From Deinococcales bacterium (GTDB lineage Bacteria; Deinococcota; Deinococci; Deinococcales; JAAFIG01): DNA of 64,000 nt. The translations under genes and the position numbers were made by a program. Below the pieces are notes generated by a model, which saw nothing but the letters and a program-made list of their open reading frames with translations, did no database searches and was not told where the DNA came from. The DNA is taken from positions 29,044 through 93,043 of the forward strand of contig JAYWGM010000044.1 of the NCBI GenBank assembly GCA_043778225.1, in the 5' to 3' direction. Of this stretch, positions 48,231-55,854 are shown piece by piece. Positions within the stretch are counted from its first letter, which is position 1; every line of letters begins with the position of its first letter.

Positions 48231-48350
48231 TTCTCGAGCCTCACGCTAAGCCTTTTGCTGGGGCTGTGTGCATTTGCTTCTCGAGTCACGCACTTGACCC
48301 AAACATCAAATCTTTGTATTTACCACCACATCTCGAGCAACGCATCGAGT
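48231..48350 (+). repeat. Direct repeat copy C, with the -10 box and ATG deleted (antitoxin remnant)
   Basis: Matches 46754-46895 except for a 21-bp deletion and substitutions; still encodes LYLPPHLEQRIE. Confidence 0.88.
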
Positions 48351-48441
48351 TGCCCACGCTCCGCTTGTTGCACGGGGTCTGCGGGCTGGGTGTCGCGGGT
48401 AATACTCGAATGTTATGGTCTAAAAATGTGAGCGTTGTGGG

Positions 48442-49419
48442 TCAAATGAGGTACATCGTGCCAGTCTTGGTTTCAAAAGCCCGAATGTTCTGCAAAGTTG
48501 TGGCGGCAATTTGCTCGAGCGCTTCGTGCGTAAAAAAAGCCTGATGCCCAGTAATTAAAACGTTTGGCAAGGTTAAAAGTCGCATAAAAACATCATCTTG
48601 AATAACTTGGTTGGATAAATTCTCGAAAAACAAATCGGCTTCTTCTTCGTAGACATCTAAAGCCAACGCACCCAACTGACCAGTCTTTAGGGCTTCGAGC
48701 GCGGCGGGGGTATCTATCAGTGCGCCTCTCGAGGTGTTGACCAACATTGCACCGCGTTTCATCTGGGCGAGGCGGGCGGCACTAACCAAATGATGGGTTT
48801 GGGGGGTCAGGGGGCAATGCAAAGAAATCACATCCGACTCGGCGAAAACTTGCTCAAGTGGCAGGTACTCGAGAAAGTCAAGGCTTGGGTTTGGGAATAA
48901 ATCAAATGCCAGAATCCGACAACCAAAAGCGTGCAGCAACTTGGCAAAAATTGCCCCGATTTGACCTGTGCCAATCACGCCAATGGTTTTTCCGTGGACA
49001 TCAAAACCGAGTAAACCATCCAAAGAAAAATTGCCATCGCGGACACGGTTATAGGCTCGGTGAATTTGGCGGTTTAGGGTCAGCAATAGCGCCAGCGCGT
49101 GTTCTGCCACAGCATGGGGCGAATACGCGGGGACTCGAGCCACCACTAAACCAAGGTGCTTGGCGGCTTTTAAGTCCACTTGATTAAAGCCAGCACAGCG
49201 CAGCGCAATCAGTTTTATGCCAAGTTGCGCCAGAAGCTCGAGCGTTGGCTTGCTCAAATCATCGTTGACAAAAGCGCAGACCACTTGGCAACCTTCGGCA
49301 AGTTTGGCAGTGCGAATATCTAAGCGTGGCTCGAGAAATAAAAGCTCGTACTGCCCAGCGTTCGCCGCCGCTAAAAAGGTCTGGTCGTAGGGCTTGGTGT
49401 TAAAAATCGCAATTCGCAT
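48442..49419 (-). CDS. ldhA: D-lactate dehydrogenase (D-2-hydroxyacid dehydrogenase)
   Basis: [38 protein letters not shown]. Confidence 0.9.
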   Translation of the reverse strand: MRIAIFNTKPYDQTFLAAANAGQYELLFLEPRLDIRTAKLAEGCQVVCAFVNDDLSKPTLELLAQLGIKLIALRCAGFNQVDLKAAKHLGLVVARVPAYSPHAVAEHALALLLTLNRQIHRAYNRVRDGNFSLDGLLGFDVHGKTIGVIGTGQIGAIFAKLLHAFGCRILAFDLFPNPSLDFLEYLPLEQVFAESDVISLHCPLTPQTHHLVSAARLAQMKRGAMLVNTSRGALIDTPAALEALKTGQLGALALDVYEEEADLFFENLSNQVIQDDVFMRLLTLPNVLITGHQAFFTHEALEQIAATTLQNIRAFETKTGTMYLI

Positions 49420-49434
49420 AGGGCGCAGTCTACG

Positions 49435-50067
49435 CTAACCAAGGCTACTCAGGACTTCTTCAAAAACCTCGCTTGGTTGCGCCCCAGAAAGTGCCAAGCG
49501 CTGATTAAAAATAAAAAATGGCACACCAGAAATGCCAAGCCGTTGCGCCTCGAGTTGGCTGTCTTGGACTTCCTGCCGAAAACGCGCTCCATAGAGCATT
49601 GCCCGTACAAAACTCGGGTCTAAACCGACCTGCACGGCAATTTGCTCGAGTACCAAATTATCGGTGATGTCTTGAGCTTGGCTAAAATAAGCCTTGTACA
49701 ACGCCAACGCCATTGGTTTACCAAGCCCGAACTCCGAGGCGAACAGCACCAGCCGGTGTGCCGAGGCGGTGTTTGGCGCAACGGGCATGGTCTCAAAATC
49801 AAAACTAATCCCCTCGTTTTGACCCGCTTGGATTACCGTCGCAAAAGCTGCCCGTCGCGCCTCGAGACCACCAAATTTTTGTGTGCTAAAGATTTCCCAC
49901 GCCATACCGCGTTCAGGCATGGTGGGTTGCAATTGAAACGGATGCCACACCCATTCTAGCTCGAGGTCTGGACGGGCTTTGAAAACACGCGTCAGCCGTG
50001 TATCGCCAATAAAACAAAATGGGCAAGCAATATCAGAAAAAACATCGACCCGAATAAGTTTGCTCAT
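49435..50067 (-). CDS. DsbA-family oxidoreductase (FrnE-like)
   Basis: SDIACPFCFIG, GISGVPFF, SGAQP. Confidence 0.92.
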   Translation of the reverse strand: MSKLIRVDVFSDIACPFCFIGDTRLTRVFKARPDLELEWVWHPFQLQPTMPERGMAWEIFSTQKFGGLEARRAAFATVIQAGQNEGISFDFETMPVAPNTASAHRLVLFASEFGLGKPMALALYKAYFSQAQDITDNLVLEQIAVQVGLDPSFVRAMLYGARFRQEVQDSQLEAQRLGISGVPFFIFNQRLALSGAQPSEVFEEVLSSLG

Positions 50068-50696
50068 GCGCTAATCACTGGTGCAGCTTTACGATGTGTG
50101 CCAGTCTCGAGGGTTTTGAGCATAAAAGCCGCCACTTCTGAGCGCCCAATTCGCATTCCGTCGTTGATGCCGACCATACCAACTTTTAGCTGACCACTGG
50201 ATGGCGCATTGGTCAGCATTGGGACGCGCACAATTGTCCAGTCGAGGCTCGAGGCACGAACTAACCGAACGTGTTCGGCAGCATCTAACTGGACTTCTTT
50301 CGCCAAAAACCTAAGCATAAAACTAATCAAATTGTTGATTGCTTTGGGTTGGTCGCCCGGCTGGGCAACACCCGCACCCGTCAGGGTAATCAGGCGTTGG
50401 ACTCCCGTTTTTTGCATCGCAGCAATGATGTTTTTGGCAGCAACCGTCATAATATCTTTTGCGCCGCCCGGCACTGCGCCCAGTGTTGAGAGTACCGCGT
50501 CCTGTCCAGCCACAGCTTTTTCGATACCAGAAAGATCGTTGATGTTGCCCTGAATCACCCGTAAATTTGGATGCTTGATTGCTAATTTATTTGGGTCACG
50601 TAAGTATGCCGTAACTTGATGCCCAGCCTCAAGGGCTTGGTGAACCAAGGGTAAACCAGTCCGCCCCGAAGAACCAAAAATAGTTATTTTCATCAT
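50064..50696 (-). CDS. NAD(P)H-binding oxidoreductase (flavin/biliverdin reductase B-like)
   Basis: GSSGRTG, LDWTIVR. Confidence 0.88.
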   Translation of the reverse strand: MMKITIFGSSGRTGLPLVHQALEAGHQVTAYLRDPNKLAIKHPNLRVIQGNINDLSGIEKAVAGQDAVLSTLGAVPGGAKDIMTVAAKNIIAAMQKTGVQRLITLTGAGVAQPGDQPKAINNLISFMLRFLAKEVQLDAAEHVRLVRASSLDWTIVRVPMLTNAPSSGQLKVGMVGINDGMRIGRSEVAAFMLKTLETGTHRKAAPVISA

Positions 50697-50761
50697 CTGC
50701 TAGATTAAACACGTTTTTATTCATTCTGTGAAGTAGTTACGAAAAAGTGATAAAGTTACCC

Positions 50762-51124
50762 ATGCTAAACAAAAATGTAACTCACACATCCGACCTCGAG
50801 TACCAAGAGCGCATCAGCCGTCAACCCGAATGCACGGTCGAGCGCACCCTCGAGGTGATTGGCGGCAAATGGACGACCCTGATTTTACGAGATTTACTGA
50901 GCGGCACAAAACGATTTGGTCAATTGCGTGCCAGCCTTGGCAATATCCCGCCCAAAACCCTGACCGAACGCCTGCGCGACCTTGAGGCACACGGCGCACT
51001 CGAGCGAGTGCAATTTCCCGAGATTCCACCGCGAGTCGAGTACACCCTGACCAAGAAGGGGCTTGCCCTCGGCGCAATTATTAGCGCAATGGCACAGTGG
51101 GGTACAGATTGGACTTCAACCTAG
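50762..51124 (+). CDS. HxlR-family regulator
   Basis: CTVERTLEVIGGKW, PPRVEYTLT; divergent from the oxidoreductase genes. Confidence 0.93.
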   Translation: MLNKNVTHTSDLEYQERISRQPECTVERTLEVIGGKWTTLILRDLLSGTKRFGQLRASLGNIPPKTLTERLRDLEAHGALERVQFPEIPPRVEYTLTKKGLALGAIISAMAQWGTDWTST

Positions 51125-51744
51125 CCAATTCGCAACTCGGGACTCGGAACACGCCCTAAATCCTCGAGTATCCCCAAAGCCACGACCTCGGGCATGATTG
51201 CATTGCGCGGCACAGGTAAGCCAAGCCTATCCCAAAAAGGAGTCTTGACCGCCGGCGGCAGCACCACCGTAACAGGGCGCTGTAAGGCAATATCGGCATC
51301 TTTGGCATAGGCGCTTAAAGCTGCTTTGGCACTGGCATAGGCTTCGAACCCTTTGGCTTTGACCAATTCTGGACGCGCTCCAATGGCATAGACTCGAGCC
51401 GTCGGGCTTAACAAATGCCCAAGGTACTGGCAGACATACTCAAAGCCCAACAGATTTGCACCCCAGATTTTCTCGAGGACATCTGGGGCTAAATCTGTGC
51501 CAACCGCCACATCTCCGATGGCATAAATCAAGGTTTGGATACCACCTTTGCCCCCGATTTCCTGCGCCACTGCCATGACCTCGAGTTGATGTGTGACATC
51601 GGCGGGGACGGCATAGACCCCGAGTTCTCGCGCCAGAGCAAAAAGTTTTTGGCTGTCTCGAGCCACCAAAATTTGTGGTTGTGGCATGACCCGCGCCAAT
51701 GCTTGCCCGATGCCGCCTGTTGCCCCAAGAATAACGGTGTTCAT
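51121..51744 (-). CDS. Short-chain dehydrogenase/reductase
   Basis: GATGGIG, YASAK. Confidence 0.85.
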   Translation of the reverse strand: MNTVILGATGGIGQALARVMPQPQILVARDSQKLFALARELGVYAVPADVTHQLEVMAVAQEIGGKGGIQTLIYAIGDVAVGTDLAPDVLEKIWGANLLGFEYVCQYLGHLLSPTARVYAIGARPELVKAKGFEAYASAKAALSAYAKDADIALQRPVTVVLPPAVKTPFWDRLGLPVPRNAIMPEVVALGILEDLGRVPSPELRIG

Positions 51745-51795
51745 TGGTCTATTGTCGCGGATATAAGCCTAAAATTTTGTCGTCTACCGCCAGAT

Positions 51796-52599
51796 TTACG
51801 CTCCAACTGCGCCATATTGTTTGCGTCCGGCTCGCCACATGATTTGAAACAGCCCAAAAGTAATCGCTAACCAGACCAGTTGCACCAGCAAAACCCGCCC
51901 AACTTCTGCCCACTCGAGCTTACCCGTTAAAATCTGGGCTGGATAATAAACAATGTACGGAAATGGCAAATACTCGAGAATTGGGCGCAGCCAAGCAGGG
52001 TAAAACTCAAGCGGCGCAAAACTGCCAGAAAGCATAATGGACAGCACAAAATAGAGTTCATCCAATGCCGTGGCATTCTCGAGCCAAAAACAGCACAACC
52101 CAATGCAGTAGGCAATTAAAAAACGAATCGCAAAAGCCAGACTGATGGCAAGCAAAAAAACCAGCAGATGCCCAAGGCTCGAGACCAGTTTTGTACCAGG
52201 AATCAGCAGCACACCAATAATTGCCACCACAATTAAAAACGGTCCACGCACAAAGCGCTCGGTAAAATGCTGCATAAAGTATTCCCAAAACGGATTGATG
52301 GGGCGAAGTAACTTATTCGAGAACGTACCCTGACGAATCGCAAAATCCATTTCCCAAGCCACCCAAGCCACCACCAACTGCCCTGAAAGCCAGGCTGCCA
52401 AAAAGTAGGCTGCAAAGTCTTGGCTCGAGAAACCATTCAGGCTGCCGCCCTCGGCTTGGGCTTTACCAATCCAGACCGCCATCATGATTAAAGGAATTGT
52501 GCCGGATAACATCCAAATCAGAATTTCGGCACGATAAATCGTCATGTGCGATAACCAAGCTGCAAATAAGGCTCTGAATTTACGCCAGACTTGGTTCAT
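51796..52599 (-). CDS. ABC-2 type permease (DUF990-like)
   Basis: About six TMs, IRQG.FS.KLLRP, LSGSFAPL, C-terminal YGAVGA. Confidence 0.88.
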   Translation of the reverse strand: MNQVWRKFRALFAAWLSHMTIYRAEILIWMLSGTIPLIMMAVWIGKAQAEGGSLNGFSSQDFAAYFLAAWLSGQLVVAWVAWEMDFAIRQGTFSNKLLRPINPFWEYFMQHFTERFVRGPFLIVVAIIGVLLIPGTKLVSSLGHLLVFLLAISLAFAIRFLIAYCIGLCCFWLENATALDELYFVLSIMLSGSFAPLEFYPAWLRPILEYLPFPYIVYYPAQILTGKLEWAEVGRVLLVQLVWLAITFGLFQIMWRAGRKQYGAVGA

Positions 52600-52652
52600 G
52601 GTCTGTCCCTATTGACGAGGTTCATGGTCTGTCCCTATTGACGAGGTTCATG
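52593..52652. repeat. 26-bp tandem repeat, about 2.3 copies, at the ATPase/permease junction
   Basis: GGTTCATGGTCTGTCCCTATTGACGA twice, then GGTTCATG. Confidence 0.95.
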
Positions 52653-53622
52653 ATTTTACTCCACTAAACAACTGCCCAATAATTTCTTCAATCGGTGGGT
52701 CTTCGATCGTGATGTCGGCAATCGGTAACTCCGCGAGTAACTGGGCAGCCCGACTCGAGACCTCGCTTCGCGCCACGCTCAGTTCGGCATTCAGACCTTC
52801 TAAACTCAAAACCGTGCCATAGCGCTCGAGGTCATGGCGTTGGGTCGCTTGCTCGAGTTGTAGCTTAATAATTTTGGCAGGGCGGGCGGTCTCGAGGAGC
52901 GCCGATAAATCGCCATCAAAAATAATTTTGCCTTTGTCCACCACAATAATTCGTTTGCAGAGCGCCGTTACATCCGCCATATAGTGGCTGGTCAGAATCA
53001 CCGTGGCGTTAAAGCGTTGGTTGTACTCGGCAATAAATTCGCGGATTTTGACCTGCATATTGACATCCAAGCCAATCGTTGGTTCGTCCAAAAATAAGAC
53101 TTTGGGCTTGTGCAAAAGCGCCGCCGCCAATTCGCATTTCATCCGTTCACCAAGCGATAATTTTCTGACCTGTTTTTTGAGTACGTCCTCGAGACCAAGT
53201 AAATCGGTAAATTCCTGCATTGTGGCTTTGTAGTCGGTGTCGGTAATTTCATAAATCGCTTGATTAACCAAAAAGCTATCCAGTGCAGGTAAATCCCACA
53301 TCAGTTGCTGTTTTTGTCCCATGATTAAGGTCATGCTTTTCAAAAAATTGGTTTTGCGTTCAAATGGCACAAAGCCAGCCACTCGAGCCAAACCGCCAGA
53401 CGGGTATAACAAGCCCGAAAGCATTTTTAGGGTGGTGGTTTTGCCCGCCCCGTTTGCCCCTAAAAAGCCAACCATCTCGCCCGTCTGAATTGTAAAATTT
53501 ACGCCATCCACGGCTTTGACCAGTTTATTTTGGCGCTTAAAAAAACTCTTTAAGCTGCCAGCCAAGCCGGGTTCTTTTTCGGCAACCGTATAGTGTTTCT
53601 GTAGATTCTCGACTTCAATCAT
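52648..53622 (-). CDS. ABC transporter ATP-binding protein
   Basis: GANGAGKT, LSLGERMKCE, FLDEPT. Confidence 0.95.
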   Translation of the reverse strand: MIEVENLQKHYTVAEKEPGLAGSLKSFFKRQNKLVKAVDGVNFTIQTGEMVGFLGANGAGKTTTLKMLSGLLYPSGGLARVAGFVPFERKTNFLKSMTLIMGQKQQLMWDLPALDSFLVNQAIYEITDTDYKATMQEFTDLLGLEDVLKKQVRKLSLGERMKCELAAALLHKPKVLFLDEPTIGLDVNMQVKIREFIAEYNQRFNATVILTSHYMADVTALCKRIIVVDKGKIIFDGDLSALLETARPAKIIKLQLEQATQRHDLERYGTVLSLEGLNAELSVARSEVSSRAAQLLAELPIADITIEDPPIEEIIGQLFSGVKS

Positions 53623-53644
53623 GCGCCAATTAGCTTACCGCATC

Positions 53645-53673
53645 TTGACACGGGCTTGGCAGTTTGATACCGT
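53645..53673 (+). promoter_or_regulatory. tRNA operon promoter
   Basis: TTGACA, 17 bp, TACCGT. Confidence 0.7.
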
Positions 53674-53703
53674 TGCAACTCGGGCGCAAGCTCGACTGGT
53701 TTC

Positions 53704-53780
53704 GCCGCTCTAGCTCAATCCGGTAGAGCACCCGATTTGTAATCGGAAGGTTGTCGGTTCAATTCCGATGGGCGGCTCCA
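53704..53780 (+). tRNA. tRNA-Thr(TGT)
   Basis: Cloverleaf, anticodon loop TTTGTAA, GGTTCAATTCC T-arm, encoded CCA. Confidence 0.97.
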
Positions 53781-53819
53781 AAACTCGAGGGCTTTAACCT
53801 CCTTGAGTCTGTGGTGCGC

Positions 53820-53907
<88 letters not shown>

Positions 53908-53909
53908 GT

Positions 53910-53938
53910 CCGGAGGCGTAATTGCCTCCGGGTTTTTT
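53910..53938 (+). terminator. Intrinsic terminator after the tRNAs
   Basis: CCGGAGGC-GTAATT-GCCTCCGG followed by GTTTTTT. Confidence 0.9.
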
Positions 53939-54028
53939 ATGGATCGAGTTTTGGAGCCGCCCATAAAAGAGTATACAGCGCTAAAAGCGTGACTCGAGGA
54001 CATACGCAAAACTGGTACACTGCCCACC

Positions 54029-55843
54029 ATGTCGGACTTAAAAACACGCTTAAAACTTGCCCTTGAAGAAATTGTTCCCCCCGAAACCGAAGTGATTATT
54101 CAGGACACCCCCGAAGGTAAAGCGGGCGATTATGGTTCGCCTGTGGCATTTTTACTGGCAAAAGTTTTGAAGCAAAATCCAGCCCAAATCGCCAAGGATT
54201 TAGCCGCCAAAGTGCAATTGCCAGTTGGGGTGACTCGAGCCGAAGCGGTTGGTCCTTACCTTAATTTCTTTGTTGACTCGAGCGCCTTTATTCAAAATGT
54301 CATCTCGAGTGTTTATGCCCCCGAAAGCAAAAATCAAAAAGTGATTATCGAACACAGCAGCGTCAATCCAAATAAAGAATGGCACGTTGGACATATCCGT
54401 GGAGCGCTGATTGGCGATGCCTTGGGCAGAATTTACCGTGCGGCTGGCTATCAGGTCGAAATCCAAAATTATATCGACGATACAGGCAGACAAGCCGCCG
54501 AGAGTCAATTTGCAATTAAGCATTATGGTGCAGTTTGGGATGGCACACAAAAGTACGACCACTGGCTAGGCGAGTTGTATGTGCGCCTCCATAAAGACTT
54601 TGATTTTAAGAAAAAAACGCCAGAAGCGCTAAGCCTCGAGCCAGCCATTGGCGATGTGATTCATGCCCTCGAGCGCGGCGAACTGCGCCACGAAATCCAA
54701 ACAGTCGTTAAATCACAACTCGAGACCGCCTATAGCCTCGGCATTGAATACGACCTTTTAACGTGGGAATCGGATGTGGTTCACGCCGGACTGGTCGAAC
54801 GGGCGCTGGAAATTTTTGCTGACCGACTCGAGCAACCGACCCAAGGCAAATACGCTGGCGCAAAGGGCATCGATTTAAGTCCGTTTGTACCCAACCTCGA
54901 AGAACCGTTTAAGGTTTTGGTGCGCGGCAATGGCACATATGTCTACGAAACCAAAGACATTGCTTATCACTACTGGAAATTTGGGCTTTTTGAAGGACTC
55001 GAGTTTACCAATTTTGCCAAGCAACCAAGCGGCAAAATTTTGTACAGCACGGCTGGAACAGGTGAACTTCACCCAGACGGACAAAGTTTTGCTCATGCCA
55101 ACCAAGTGATAAACGTGATTGATGCAAGACAAGGTTTAGCCCAAATTGTGGTCAAGGCTGGCTTGTCCTTAATTAGCGATGGCACATTTGCCAAATACCA
55201 TCATCATCTTGCCAACGAAACCGTGCTACTCGAGGGACAAACCATGTCGGGTCGCAAAGGCATTACCGTTAGTGCCGATGAAGTGATTGCCGAAGCTAAG
55301 GCTCGGGCGCTCGAGACGATGAGTCCAAATCATCCAAACCCAGAGGTTGTTGCGCCACAAATTGGATTGGGTGCATTAAAATTTGCATTCTTAAAAGCCA
55401 CACCCGAACGGCAAATAGACTTTCGTTGGGATGCGGCATTGGCGCTGCAAGGGGATACCGCCGTGGTTGTGCAGTACGCTCATGCCCGTGCTAGAAAAAT
55501 CGCTCGAGAATACGTGGTTAAGGGCTTAACTGGTACACCCGACTTCTCGAGCCTAGGCGAACTCGAGCTTGGAGTTCTGAAAACTGTGGCGAAATACCCA
55601 GAAGTTCTAGCACTTTGCACCCGTGATAAATCTGCCCATCCAATGTGTGCGTATGCTCTCGAGTTAGCAGCAGCATTTAATGGCTATTACAATCACAAAG
55701 ATGCAAAGGGGAAACCAGACACCAGTGTTCTACAAGCCCCAGAAGGCTTACGCGAAGCGCGGTTAGCCGTGGTGACAAAAGTCGCTGACGCAATTCAAGA
55801 AGCGTTGGCGGTACTTGGCATAAATTCCCCAGATGAGATGTGA
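54029..55843 (+). CDS. argS: Arginine--tRNA ligase
   Basis: EHSSVNPNKEWHVGH (HIGH), MSGRKG, QYAHAR; leaderless start. Confidence 0.97.
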   Translation: MSDLKTRLKLALEEIVPPETEVIIQDTPEGKAGDYGSPVAFLLAKVLKQNPAQIAKDLAAKVQLPVGVTRAEAVGPYLNFFVDSSAFIQNVISSVYAPESKNQKVIIEHSSVNPNKEWHVGHIRGALIGDALGRIYRAAGYQVEIQNYIDDTGRQAAESQFAIKHYGAVWDGTQKYDHWLGELYVRLHKDFDFKKKTPEALSLEPAIGDVIHALERGELRHEIQTVVKSQLETAYSLGIEYDLLTWESDVVHAGLVERALEIFADRLEQPTQGKYAGAKGIDLSPFVPNLEEPFKVLVRGNGTYVYETKDIAYHYWKFGLFEGLEFTNFAKQPSGKILYSTAGTGELHPDGQSFAHANQVINVIDARQGLAQIVVKAGLSLISDGTFAKYHHHLANETVLLEGQTMSGRKGITVSADEVIAEAKARALETMSPNHPNPEVVAPQIGLGALKFAFLKATPERQIDFRWDAALALQGDTAVVVQYAHARARKIAREYVVKGLTGTPDFSSLGELELGVLKTVAKYPEVLALCTRDKSAHPMCAYALELAAAFNGYYNHKDAKGKPDTSVLQAPEGLREARLAVVTKVADAIQEALAVLGINSPDEM

Positions 55844-55854
55844 TATGAAATTAT

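Noticed and set aside
48350..48445. Possible small MITE (TTGCCCACGCTC...GAGCGTTGTGGGTCAA ends)
   Set aside because: The inverted repeats are gapped and only one copy was seen; the evidence is insufficient.
48266..48544. 92-aa ORF containing LPPHLEQRIE
   Set aside because: It derives from the degenerate repeat copy that lacks the -10 box and ATG, and it overlaps ldhA antisense; treated as a remnant.
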